Assembly: GCA_963926055.1 (NCBI GenBank)
Contig: CAWUVK010000004.1
Coordinates: 40,934-104,933 of the forward strand
Reading direction: 5' to 3'
DNA length: 64,000 nt
Origin: an uncultured Patescibacteria group bacterium
GTDB lineage: Bacteria > Patescibacteriota > Gracilibacteria > BD1-5 > UBA6164
Part shown: in pieces, positions 8,491-20,187 of the stretch
Numbering within the stretch: position 1 is the first letter of the stretch
Layout of the letters: each line of letters begins with the position of its first letter
Program-made: the position numbers and the translations under genes
Notes under the pieces: model-generated
What the model was told of the DNA's origin: nothing
The model's database searches: none
What the model saw: only the letters and a program-made list of their open reading frames with translations

Positions 8491-9084
8491 ATGTACGATT
8501 GACCACAACGTAAAAAATTACGATTAAAGGATTACGATTATTCAAGTGATTGATATTATTTTATAACTATTTGTACGAAAAATAGGGAAGAATTTTTTGG
8601 TGAAATTATTGATAGAAAAATGTTTTTGAATGATTATGGAAAAATCGTCAAAAATGAAATTTTCAAAACACCTGAATTGCGTCAAGAAATAAAAATAGAT
8701 GATTTTGTAATAATGCCAAATCATTTACATTTAATAATAATTATTCAAAACAAAAATGTAGGGTGCGATTGCATCACACCGAAAGACATCGCACCGAAAG
8801 ACATCACACCGAAAGACATCGCACAGTGAAAATATATAAGACCGTGAGAAAATAACGGAACGATGCAATCGTTCCCTACGTTATCACGTGTAATTCGTTG
8901 ATTAAAATCAACGATAACTAAACAAATTCGTTATGAAATGTGAGATTTTAATTTTGGATGGCAAAAATCATTTTTTGATGTAATTATAAAAAACCAAGAC
9001 CAGTTAGATAAAACGAGGCAATATATTATTGATAATCCATGCAAGTGGGCAGAAGATAAAAATAATGTAATAAATATAAAATAA
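8491..9084 (+). CDS. REP-associated tyrosine transposase (RAYT, IS200/IS605 Y1 HUH superfamily)
   Basis: 197 aa. It has a Shine-Dalgarno AAGGAG 4 nt upstream. Motifs are YYFITICTKNRE, the HUH motif MPNHLHLII, and C-terminal FKS..TKQI plus RQYIIDNP containing the candidate catalytic Tyr. Track ORF 8620-8829 is its middle. Confidence 0.8.
8758..8879. repeat. inverted pair of GTAG-headed 18-mers inside the RAYT ORF
   Basis: GTAGGGTGCGATTGCATC (8758-8775, plus strand) and GTAGGGAACGATTGCATC (8879-8862, minus strand) match at 16 of 18 positions. The right copy also forms its own 8-bp hairpin, GGAACGAT gca ATCGTTCC. Confidence 0.7.
8775..8824 (+). repeat. tandem 15-nt repeat, 3.3 copies, in frame
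   Basis: C[A/G]CACCGAAAGACAT occurs three times plus a partial copy. It encodes ITPKD-IAPKD-ITPKD-IA within the RAYT. Confidence 0.9.
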
Positions 9085-9153
9085 ATTGTTATTATAATTG
9101 CAATTTAATCGAAAAAAAATATCATTAATAAAAATATTTACTAAAATAAATTT

Positions 9154-10398
9154 ATGTCTCAATCAATTATTTGTCCAAATTGTAGTACGTCAATAGATCT
9201 TGATAAATTAGCAGACGAAAAATATTCTCAACTCATGAAAGATCAAGAAAGAAAATTGAGAGAACAACAAGAAAAACAAAAAGAAAATTTTGAAAAAGAA
9301 ATGGAAGAAAAAACCATTGAAATGAGAAAAAAAGCCCAAGAATATGCTGAGAAAAAAGCATGAGAAGCAAAAAAAGAACTTGAACTAGAAATGAAAGATA
9401 TGCAAGAACAATTGCAAAAAGCACAAAAAGATAGAGAAGAATCGAGAAAAAAAGAACTTGATTTTATGAAAAAACAAAGAGAACTAGAAGATAAAGAAAA
9501 AAATTTCGAGCTTGAAATGGAGAAAAAAATGTACGAAGAAAGAAAAAATATTGAAAAGATGCTCGAAGAAAAAATGAGAGAATCTTCACAAAAAGAAATG
9601 GATTTGAGAATGGAGAAAGTCCAAGAAGAAAATAGAAAAAAAGAATTAGAAATGCTCAAACAACAAGAGCAGATGAAAAAAACTATTGATGATTTAAAAA
9701 GAAAATCAGAACAAGGTTCTCAACAAATTCAATGAGATATTCAAGAAGATGATTTAAAAAATGCTATTTCACAATCTTTTCCAATCGATGATGTAGAAGA
9801 TGTACCAACCGGAATTAAGTGAGCGGATTTAATTCAAACAGTAAAAAATAGTATTGGGCAACCAACTGGTACAATCGTTTGGGAATCAAAAAATACAAAA
9901 TCTTGGACTGAAGCGTGGATTATGAAACTCAAAGATGATAAACTAAAAGTCAATGGAAATATTGCCGTTTTAGTTTCAACGGTTTTACCAAAATGATTGA
10001 AAAATTTTGGAATGGTTGATGATGTGATGGTATGTTCTCCAGAATATGTTATTGCTGTTTGTAGTCTTTTAAGAGACCAACTCATCGCTATTTCGAAAGT
10101 TGAAAAAGCAAATCAATGAAAAGATATAAAAATGGAAATGTTGTATGGATATCTTACGAGTCAAGAATTTTCAAGTAAAATAAATATGATGGTGGATGTA
10201 TTTGCAAACTTAAAATCAGGAATAGATTCAGAAAGAAGAGCCATGGAAAAAAACTGGAAAAAAAGAGAAAAAGATCTCGAAAGAGCCACTTTTGCAGTAA
10301 CTGGAATGTATTGAGAACTTGAGTCTCTCATGGGGCAAGCTCTACCTGGTTCTGAAAAATTAGAACTTGGTGCTGGTGATGAAGAAGACGAAGATTAA
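9154..10398 (+). CDS. DUF2130-family protein (Zn-ribbon + coiled coil + conserved C-domain)
   Basis: Track fragments 9154-9363, 9391-9735 and 10132-10314 are in one frame, giving 414 aa. Motifs are CPNC at the N-terminus, a Lys/Glu-rich coiled coil, then GDIQEDDL..FP.D.VEDVPTGIKGADLIQTV..G.IVWESKNTKSWTEAWIMKLKDD. Confidence 0.75.
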
Positions 10399-10455
10399 AA
10401 AAAATAGCCCAATTTTGGGATATTTTTAAAATAATTAATAAAAAATAATTATCAG

Positions 10456-10872
10456 ATGGAAAATAAACTTTCACTAGATTTTGGTTCAAATCAACCAAAG
10501 TTTCGTAGAAAAATAATGCAAAATATCATAGTCGATAGAAAATCAAAATATACTGCAGTTGCAGGTTTTGTTGAATCAAAAGAAGATGTAAAAAAATTTA
10601 TGTCAGAATTGCTTAGAGATAAATATTTTCAAAAATCTACGCACAATACCTACGCTTTTAGAATAACTTTGGAAAACGGGAGTGTATTAGAATCTAAAAA
10701 TGATGATGGTGAAACTTGAGCAGGAAACTGTGTTTTGAGAGAACTACAAAGGTCAGAATTTACAAATACATTAGTTGTGGTAACACGTTATTTTGGTTGA
10801 GTACATTTACAAGCAGATAGATTTAAAAATGTTATTGAAGTAACAAAAATTATACTAGACGAAATAAAATAA
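10456..10872 (+). CDS. IMPACT/YigZ-family protein (UPF0029 domain)
   Basis: KSKYTAVAG...STHNTYAFR...DDGETGAGN...VVVTRYFGGVHL. The start may instead be the internal Met at MQNII. Confidence 0.75.
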
Positions 10873-10940
10873 TTATTTGCAAAATATAATTAATTTTATA
10901 ACATTTAGTTACTATAAATTTTATAGTTTATTAAAAATAT

Positions 10941-11528
10941 ATGAAAAAAATATTAATTATTACTGCAAATCCTAGCTCTCAAGGATTTACACATCAAATA
11001 GCCGAAAAATATTCTCAAGTATCAAAAAACCTAAATGCTCAAGTGGAAATATTAGATTTATATAAATCAGAGAATATACAAGAATATTTACAATATGAGA
11101 ATATTAGAACAGATTGGCCAAAAGATGAAAAAATAAAATCTATGCAAGAAAAAATTACAAATGCAGATGAACTTGTATTTGTAGCTCCGGTTTGGTGGGG
11201 AAGTGTTCCTGCTGTGATGAAAAATTTCATTGATGTAAATTTCCAAGCTGGATTTGCATATAAGTATGGAAAAAATGGGAAAGTAGAAAAATTATTAACA
11301 TGAAAAAAAGCTACTTTATTTATGACTTGCGATGCACCAGGATTTATTTATAAATATTTACCATTTATGATTTCTCTCAAATGATATTTTGGAACGAATA
11401 TTTTAGGATTCTGTGGAATAAAATTAACAAAATTTCATTTATTTGATCATATGCATAAACATAAAAAATCTCAAGAATGAATCGATACATTATTAAATAT
11501 AGTCGAAAAATTAGCAAAAAAGTCATAA
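10941..11528 (+). CDS. flavodoxin-fold NAD(P)H-dependent oxidoreductase
   Basis: 195 aa. MKKILIITANPS...ADELVFVAPVWWGSVPAVMKNFID is typical of FMN-dependent NAD(P)H quinone or azo reductases. Confidence 0.75.
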
Positions 11529-11590
11529 TATTATGGCTTTTTTTATTTCAAAAAATTTGTATACTATTAAAAATATTAAAAAAATAATTT

Positions 11591-12106
11591 ATGGATATAA
11601 ATATTCAACGTTCAAATAGAAAAACAATTTCCTTGCAGGTGAGAAAGCAGCAAGTTATAGTGAAGGCTCCAATTTTTTTATGAAAAAAATATATTGTTCA
11701 ATTCGTAGAGAAAAATAAAGCATGGATCGAAAATAAATTAAAAAATCACCAAAAATCCCTCATTCAGCCAGAGAAGATTGATGAGTATAAACAACAAGCG
11801 AAAATATTTATACCTAAAAGAGTAGCTGAAATCGCTAAAAAATTTGGTTTTGAGTATAAATCTGTTAAAATAACATCAGCAAAATCAAGATGGTGAAGTT
11901 GTACAAGTCAGAAAAATTTAAATTTTTCATTTCGACTTATTTTAACTCCACCTGAAATTATTGATTATGTGATTTGCCATGAATTGGCACATTTAAAACA
12001 CATGAATCATTCTAGACAATTTTGGTGAGAAGTGTCTAGAATGGATAAAAATTATAAACAACACGACTTTTGGTTAAAGAAAAATTGAGATTTATTTATA
12101 TGTTAA
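11591..12106 (+). CDS. YgjP-like metal-dependent hydrolase (DUF45/M48 superfamily)
   Basis: 171 aa. Motifs are SRWGSCTS.KNLNFSFRLI and the zinc motif YVICHELAHLKHMNHS. Confidence 0.8.
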
Positions 12107-12169
12107 TGTATCTGTAATTTTCATTTTTTCATTTATCAGTTAGAATAATATATATTTATATTTTAATTA

Positions 12170-13255
12170 TTGTATATGGTGTCATTAAATAAACAATTAG
12201 TAAAGATTAATACCCAAGAAGTAGCAGAAATAGAAGAAGTATTTTCTCAAGCAAAAGACTTTAGAGAAGTTGGTGAGAAAATTACAGCTCCAATTGATAG
12301 CATTATTTCAGAAACTACAAAAATAATAGATGCAGATCCTATTATGAATGTTTCATTAGAATTAAGTAAAATGAATTCTGAAGTATCTGGGGTGTATGAT
12401 TCGATTATTGACAATGATGGGAAAGTTATGAAAGTTCTAAAATCAATACCTTTCCTAGGTTGATTGGCAAAGTCATTAGATAAAAAATATGATGAAGCTA
12501 AATTTAATATAAAATCAATTGAATGAAAAATAGAAATGATTTTTTCATGATTTGATATATCATATGATTCTGTAAATACTTCTATTGATATGCAAATGAA
12601 ATTTTTAGATTCTCTTGAACTTAATTTGCAAAAGGTAATCGCATATAAAGAATTTGTTCAACAAAAATCTGAGGAATTTTCACAAAAACTTTCAACAGTT
12701 GAAGATGAAGCTCAAAAACTTAAATATGAAATGTTTGGAAGAAATGTAGAATTTTTTTTAGGAAATTTAACAGTATTGGTTTGAAACCTTGAAATGGCTA
12801 AAAAAAGATTATTAATGAGATTAGATTCAGCTAATAAATTATCTCTTGCCATGAGTTCAAGTAGGCCAATTTTTAAAACTTTGTTATCAACTGCGATTAT
12901 AGAAACTTCAAGCCAAAAAGCAATTGATGCTTCTATTCAGGCGATGGATGTGATGGGATCTACAATTGATAAAATGACGAGTGACCTTACTGATAAAGCA
13001 ATTGAAAGTTCTAAAAAAGCTGAACAAATATCATCTAAACCAGTAGTTTCAGCAACTGTTTTTATTGAAAATGTTACAAAATTAAAAAATCATTTTAATG
13101 AAATTGAAGATTATAGATTACAAGTAGCAAAAGAAGCTCAAGAAGAAAGAAAACTATTTGCTGAAGCAAAAAATCAGCTATCAGAATTAAAAACTTTAGA
13201 CGCTCAAGATGCTCAAGATTTTAAATCACAACTCATTTCACCAGAAGAAAAATAG
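12170..13255 (+). CDS. telA: TelA-family (toxic anion resistance / YaaN-like) protein
   Basis: Track fragments 12170-12463, 12590-12784 and 12794-13255 are in one frame, giving 361 aa. The protein is all-helical, with the layout and length typical of TelA. Confidence 0.65.
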
Positions 13256-13366
13256 TATTATCAAATAAAAAAAATATAAGTCAAAAAAACTTATGTTTTT
13301 TTATTGTAAAATCTAAGTGTTTGTTATATAATTAAAACTAATGTTGTAGTACTAATAAATAGATTC

Positions 13367-14776
13367 ATGAATATAAATCAGAGCTTGAAAGAAATATACA
13401 AGCTGTATTCTGCATGAGATTATAAACAAGCAGAAATCCTGAATAATCAGATTTTAGAAAAATATCCAGAAAATGTTTACGCATCTCGCTATGAACAACT
13501 CATTCAAAAAAATATTCAGTCGGAGTTATCAGCTGAAAAAAAATGACCAATTCCAAAGGTAAAATCAAAAGCATTGAAATGTCCACATTGTACTTCTAAA
13601 ATTCCATATTCATGATTAACTCAAGAAAATAGAAAAAGAATTGATAATAAAGATTTAGATAATTTAGAAATTAAGTGTCCTTATTGTCATACAAAATTTA
13701 TACTACAAAATGCAAAATCAAGTTCTTACTTATGAATCAAAATTTGAGATAAGATTACATATAAACAGAAGTCATATAGAACTGTATGATATGTAAAATA
13801 TGAAGGAAAATGGTATGAATGAAGATATTCTGGTAAAACGGTATATTTAGAATGGATTTTATTGTGAAATGATAATAGTTATTTATATTTTTCAGAATGA
13901 TATTCCATTGATGAATGAAATAAGACTTATGAATTTGAATTTTCAAAAAAAGTTATTCCGAAAACGATTTTATGAGTTGATTTTAATGCTCAGAAATTTG
14001 ATGCAGTCTGAACAAACATAGAATTTACAGAATTTAATAAAATGAAAGTAACAAATGTATATGGAGAAAATTCTAAATCCTATACTATATGAGAAAAAAT
14101 TCAGCTCGCACCCATTGATATAAATGGACAATCACTAGTATATGAAAAAGAAACTTCTGGAAATCAGCAAGAAGTAGGAATATATGAAACTCATACTGTG
14201 AAACTTTCAGTAGCAGAAAGAATATTTAATACAAAATCAGATATTAATAAATCGGCAAATGTAAATTTACCTAAAATTTCAAATTACTTATCATTTTTGT
14301 ATCTATTGATTCCATTATTTATTATCTGATTATCATCTCCAATAGTTTTTCTGTGAATTATTTTTATGCTGGGGTCACTATATATAATATTTTGCGATCA
14401 TTCAAGAAAGACATATATACTCTATTGCTTTTGAATTTTATGACCATTACTACTATTTTTATTTATTCCTTTTTTTAATAATATTATTGAAAAAAAAGAA
14501 CTCATTGAAATTTGAAATATTCAAATGTGAAACAAATATGAATTAGATTTCTGAGCATTGCAAGTATCTCCACAAAATATCATAAATACACAAAATTATA
14601 GTTATTGATGAAAAAGAATATATTATTCTCAAAATATAGGGCTAAAATTTTCCATTAAAACACAAGAAGATAAAGACATAATTCAAAAAATCAATTCATG
14701 GAACTCTTGATATGAAAATCCACAAAATATAATGTTAAAAAATATGTTTGAATGAAATATTTATAAACTTAAATAA
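13367..14776 (+). CDS. Zn-ribbon + DUF4178 + multi-TM protein
   Basis: 469 aa with TGA read as Gly. It has two CxxC pairs (CPHC, CPYC). The DUF4178-like core is GDKITYKQKSYRTVGYVKYEGKWYEGRYSGKTVYLEWILLGNDNSYLYFSEG. It then has 3-4 hydrophobic helices. Confidence 0.65.
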
Positions 14777-14781
14777 ACTCT

Positions 14782-15015
14782 ATGACTAAATGGATATTGC
14801 TTATGGCTGTAGTGTACTGAGGTATATGATATGCAATTGCTTCGACTACTTCATATATTCCTATCTCTCAACAAATTGATGTAAAATCAATGAGTGTACA
14901 AAAACCAGAATATATAGAGAAAAAATGGGATGTATGTGAAGGAACATGTAAAAACTATAGTTCAACATCAACGTCAACTTCAAGTTGGTGAAGTGCGAGC
15001 TATGGGTGAAAATAA
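14782..15015 (+). CDS. small membrane-anchored Ser/Thr-rich protein (77 aa)
   Basis: It has an N-terminal hydrophobic helix and starts 6 nt after the previous stop. No family recognised. Confidence 0.45.
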
Positions 15016-15046
15016 ATATAAATTTTAATTTAATAAAAATATTATT

Positions 15047-15262
15047 ATGGAAATAACAGTTTTAATTCAAGGATTAGTAGGAACAATTATTTATTCATTA
15101 TTATGAATATTCATTATGGCAATGAGTTTCTATTTAATAGAAAAAATGACAAAATTTTCTTTAAAAAAAGAAATAGTTGAAGATGAAAATATGGCATTAT
15201 GAACTATGTTTGCAGGTTTTTTTATTGCAGTTTCAATTATTATTGCTGCAGCTATTATATAA
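15047..15262 (+). CDS. DUF350-family small membrane protein (YjfL-like)
   Basis: 71 aa with two TM helices. The layout ...LIEKMTKFSLKKEIVEDENMALG.. is typical of DUF350. Confidence 0.65.
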
Positions 15263-15277
15263 TATAATTTTAAATTT

Positions 15278-16306
15278 ATGTGATTATTTGATATTTTTAA
15301 AGACCAAACAATGGATGTTATTAGATGGGAAAACCCATCAGATGATTTACTTGTTTGGAAATGGCCACAAAATCTGGATGAAATTAAAAACAATTCTTCA
15401 TTGGTTATAGACCCATGATTAGCTGCAATTTTTATACATAATTGAAAAATAGAAGCTATTCAAACGGATTCAGGTAAATGGAATTTAGAAACAGATAATA
15501 TTCCTTTTATTTCAAGTATGAAAAATATTATGAGTTGATTTGAAACTCATGATAAAGCATCTGTTTATTTTATTAAAACTCATCAACTTACGAATCAAAA
15601 ATGGGGAACTCCAAATAGTATTACTTATGTAGATCCTTCATATAATTTTCCAGTTGAGTTGAGAGCATTTGGTAATTTTACTTTTAAAATTACTGATTTA
15701 GAAAATTTTTGGGTAAATTATGTAGCCAATGTTGCAGAAGTGAAAACAGATGATATTAGAATGATTATTACTGATAGAATTGTTGGTAATATCGCTACGT
15801 TATTTGCAACAAAACAAGTAAGTTATAATACTATTGATTCTTTCACTTTAGAAATTACTCAAGAACTTACGTGACTTACAAAAGATGAATTTGCTAAATT
15901 ATGACTCGAACTTAATGATTTTAGAATAGAAGATATCAATTTCACAGATAAAACTAATGAATATATTGATAAAATTATTTCTAAGATTGCAGATGTTGGA
16001 GCTATAAATGCTACAAAAAATATTGATCCATCAGCAATGTCAAATTACTCAGCAGTTGAAAAACTCAACATTATGAATAAAGCAGCTGAATCAGGATGAT
16101 CTGCTGGAGATATGATGTGAGCTGGAATGTGAATGGCAATGGGTATGAACATGGCAAATGATATGCAAGAACAACAAAAAAAAGTTTCTGTAGATGATAA
16201 TTCTGCTGAAGTAAAATTACAAAAAATAAAATCATTATTTGATAAATGACTTATTTCTCAAGAAGATTATGATACAAAAAAATCAGAGATTTTAGAAAAT
16301 TTATAA
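15278..16306 (+). CDS. SPFH-like (COG4260 virion-core-like) protein with a C-terminal SHOCT motif
   Basis: 342 aa. The N-terminus is MGLFDIFKDQTMDVIRWENPSDDLLVWKWP, followed by KWGTPNSI and LRAFGNFTFKITD. A Gly/Met-rich linker follows. The C-terminus KLQKIKSLFDKGLISQEDYDTKKSEIL is a SHOCT signature. Track ORF 15659-15874 is in the same frame. Confidence 0.75.
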
Positions 16307-16436
16307 AAAAACTTACCATTTAGGTAAGTTTTTTATATTTTTTTAAATTTTAAAAAACTTAATTTTAATATTATTTTGTTTTTTTTATGAATTAATTAAG
16401 ATAATAATATATTTTTTACATACAAAATTTTCAAAG

Positions 16437-17921
16437 ATGATATTATTTTTTACTCTAGTTATTGCTATTTGTGGTATTTTATACGAACTGATTTTATGAA
16501 CGTTGAGTTCATATTTAATTTGAGATAGTGTGAGACAATTTTCATTTACTATCTGATTTTTTATGACGGGTATGTGAATAGGAGCGTATTGTTCTCGTTA
16601 TTTGGAAAAAAATGCTATTAAAAACTTTTTAAGAATAGAGCTTTTATTATCAGTATTAGGGGCTTCTAGTGTCATTATTTTAAAAATTTTATATCTACAT
16701 TTTGGTTTATATTGAGATTTATTCCAGTTCTTTTATTTATTGGTGACTATGTTAGTATGAGCTTTTGTTTGAGGAGAATTACCTTTAGTGGCAACTATTT
16801 ATAAAGAATTAAAAATAAAAACTCAATCGATTATTAGTGATTTATTTACATTTGATTATATAGGATGACTCGTTGCTAGTTTGATTTTCCCACTTCTATT
16901 ACTTCCTATTTTAGGGTTGTATAATGTATCTATTTTTATTGGGAGTTTAAATCTATTAGTTTGTATTTTTTACATTCAATATCTTACAAAATTTAATATT
17001 AATTTAAAAAAATATTATATAGTTGTTGCTATGATTATCGTGTATTTTTTATGATTATTTTTTGCTTCAGCCAAGTTTGAAAATTATTATTTAAGAAATT
17101 ATTATAAAGAGCCAATATTAGAAACATATCAATCAGATTATCAAAATATTGTATTAACAAAAAGATGAGAAGATTTTCGTATGTATATAAATGGCAATAT
17201 ACAATTTTTAAGTTTAGATGAGAATAGGTATCATGAAGCTTTAGTAGATTGGCCAATAAAATTATTAGAAAGTAAAATAAATCTGAATGTATTAGTCTTA
17301 TGATGATGAGATGGTTTAGCTGTGAGGAATTTACTTGAGTATTGAAAAATTGATGAAATAACTTTAGTTGATTTGGATCCTAAAATTACACAAATAGCAC
17401 AAACTCAAACAGATTTACTTGCTTTAAATAAGAATTCTTTATGAAATTCAAAAGTGAAAATAATTCATATGGATGCCATGAAATATTTACAAAAAACTGA
17501 TAAAAAATTTGATTTTGTGATTGCAGATTTTCCTGATCCTAGAGATGTGGCAACGGCAAAGTTATATTCAAAAGAAATGTATTTATGAATCGATAAAGTA
17601 TTAAATATGCAATGAGTTTTTGTTACTCAGGCATCAAATGCATTTTTTTCAAATAAAGCATTTTGGAGTATTGATAAAACTTTATGAACTGTTTTTTGAG
17701 AAACTTTAGCGTACCATAGATATTTACCGAGTTTTTGAGATTGGTGATTTGTTTGAGTACAAAAATGAGGATTTAAAAATAAAAATATTTGTGAAGATTT
17801 ATGATGTACTTTTTTTGATGAAGATTATAAACAACCAATAGAACAAATTAACATAAATACTTTGTCTCATCCAGAAATAATAGAATATTATGGAGAATGA
17901 TATAAAAAATTTAACCTATAA
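16437..17921 (+). CDS. membrane-fused spermidine-synthase-like protein (polyamine aminopropyltransferase family)
   Basis: 494 aa. About 7 N-terminal TM helices precede the catalytic domain, which has VLVLGGGDGLAVR (GGG is TGA TGA TGA at 17301-17309), LVDLDP and IADFPDPRD. Confidence 0.8.
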
Positions 17922-17926
17922 TACGT

Positions 17927-18556
17927 ATGTGAGAAATTTTTATCCCGGAAAAAATATTTGATATAATTCATATCAATAATATTTGAGAAAATATATTACA
18001 AATATTTGAGAAACATTTTTGAAAATATACAAAACAATCATTTGAATCAACCTATTGTAAATGAATAAAATTTGAATTTGAACAGTTAGACCAAGATTTA
18101 GTGAGTATTTTAAATGGTGAGTTTGGAAAATTTTATTTTATTGATTACAATTTTGATAAACAAAATATTATCACTCATGGAAAAAAAATCTTATGAATTT
18201 GAGATATTTGAGATGAAATTAAGAGTATTGAAAATAAATTTGAAAAAATTATTCAAGAATTATCGAGTAATAATTTATTAACGATTTCTAAAAAAGAAAA
18301 AATACATAAAAATATAAAAGAAACATTTTTCACTATATCTTGAATTTTATTTTTACTCTATTGACTCAAACAAAAAATTATAGAAAACCTCAATGATTTA
18401 GAAAATATTGATGATAATCAAATTGAACTGAAATCACAAGCTGCGCTATTACGTGAAAATAATATTACTAAAAAAATTGAAATACAAGCTCAAATATATA
18501 CATTTGAAGCAAAATCGCAATTATTTTTCCAAACAATACATTCATTACTTTTATAA
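17927..18556 (+). CDS. hypothetical single-TM protein (209 aa)
   Basis: It starts 6 nt after the SpeE-like stop and is open with TGA read as Gly to TAA at 18554-18556. It has one hydrophobic helix, FFTISGILFLLYGL. Confidence 0.5.
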
Positions 18557-18557
18557 A

Positions 18558-18785
18558 ATGTTCTACTACGAAGAAATAGAAAAAAAATACTATATTTGGA
18601 CGGATAAAACCAAAGGGAAATATTGACCATTTTCATGAATTTATATAAAAAATATTCATTTATGAAATACTTCAGAAGATTTTCAGGTTGCAAAATATCC
18701 AGGGCATAAATTTGCAATTTGATTTTGAGAAAGAAAAATCTGTGTTATAAATACATCAGAAATTTATGAAATTATAAATAAATAA
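18558..18785 (+). CDS. hypothetical small protein (75 aa)
   Basis: It starts 2 nt after the previous stop and is open with TGA read as Gly. No family recognised. Confidence 0.45.
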
Positions 18786-18809
18786 AATATTATTTAAGCA
18801 AAATAAATT

Positions 18810-19376
18810 ATGCAATGTCCATCTTGTGGGAGACCAATAAGTTATGAAGAAAAATTCACAAAAATACTCAGTTGTGGTTACTGTAACTCTATTTTAGAGT
18901 TGGGAACTTGAGAGCTAACTAAAATTTGAGAACAAACTGAATTTATAGATTTTCCTTCTATTTTCGAAGTATGAAAAACTATTGATTATCAAGGAAAAAA
19001 AATAAGTATAAAAGGGCAATTACGCTACGAATATGATTGAGGTTTTTTTGATAAATTTTATGCAACAGTAGATGGGAAAACGATGTATATAAGAGAAGAC
19101 GATTGAAAAATAACATTTAGTGAAGATGGGAAATTCCAAAATGGGACTATGACTTTGATAGATAAATCGGCAGGAAGTAAAATTAATCTATGATGAAAAG
19201 ATTTATTTGTCCAAGAAGTGTGAACATTTAAACTTATTTCTATGAAAGGTTCAGTACAAAATATGCTTATTCCAGGTAAAAAATATGAGTATTTAGATGG
19301 AATTTATAATCAAAAGATGTATTTCCTAGAAAAAGAAATCTGAGCAGATAAATTAAGAATATGTAAACAAATATAA
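18810..19376 (+). CDS. Zn-ribbon + DUF4178 protein (second copy)
   Basis: 188 aa. CPSC...CGYC is followed by GKTIDYQGKKISIKGQLRYEYDGGFFDKFYATVDGKTMYIRED. Confidence 0.65.
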
Positions 19377-19377
19377 T

Positions 19378-20154
19378 ATGAAAAAACAAGAATTAATACA
19401 ATATTTAGAAGATTTATTACAAAATAAAGAATATAAAGATAGCTCAAAAAATGGATTGCAAGTTGATTGTACAAAAGATGAAATCGTAAAAATCTGATAT
19501 GCAGTAGATGCAAGCACTTATATTTTTGATAAAGCAATTGAAGAAAATGTAGATTTGATTTTGACACATCATGGGATTTTTTGGGGGCATGAAGAAACCC
19601 TAACGTGAGTGGCGTATAAAAGAGCGAATAAATTACTTTCAAATGATATAGCATTATATTCGTCTCATATTCCATTAGATGCAAACCCAAAAGTAGGGAA
19701 TAACATTGGTTTAATAAAAGCATTTGTTAGAATTTTTGGTCTCAGAGAAGAAGACTATCAAATAGAAGATTTTTGAGAATATAAAGGGAAAACTATAGGT
19801 TTTGGAATAAAATTCAAACATAAATTACATATTTCAAATATGATAATGCCATTTGCAGAACAAATGCAATTACAAAAAAAATTATATAACTTTGGACATA
19901 AAACATATTTCAATTCTTTAGCAATCATTTCTTGAGGTGCTGCAAAAGATTTTATTCAAGCAAAAAATCAGTGATACGATATATTTTTAACAGGAGAAGC
20001 AAATCATGCACAAATGATTGCGGCAAAAGAACACGAGCAAACTATGATGCTTTGAGGGCATTATGAAACTGAAAAGATAGGAGTGAAATTATTAGCCTAC
20101 CATCTTCAAGAAAAATTTGGTCTTAAAATAGAATTTCTTGATGAAAAATATTAA
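19378..20154 (+). CDS. Nif3-like dinuclear metal centre protein (YbgI family)
   Basis: 258 aa. Motifs are NGLQV, DLILTHHG.FW, SSHIPLDA and the C-terminal GHYETE. Confidence 0.85.
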
Positions 20155-20187
20155 AAAAATCCTAGGCATTTTCCTAGGATTTTTTTA
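20153..20187. terminator. bidirectional rho-independent terminator
   Basis: The stem ATCCTAGG (20159-20166) pairs with CCTAGGAT (20173-20180) and is flanked by A and T runs. Confidence 0.75.

Noticed and set aside
8775-8824. The tandem 15-mers, and the 210-nt repeats at 58724-59353, were considered as possible CRISPR arrays.
   Set aside because: The copies abut directly with no unique spacers, they are in frame within ORFs, and no cas genes are present.
9233-9659. Long minus-strand ORFs 9243-9659 and 9233-9424, rich in Ser, Phe and Leu.
   Set aside because: They are antisense to the Lys/Glu-rich coiled coil of the DUF2130 gene. They are low-complexity mirror frames with no independent signals.
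19310-19723. Minus-strand ORF 19310-19723 (137 aa).
   Set aside because: It is antisense to the Nif3-like gene, which has clear motifs on the plus strand.
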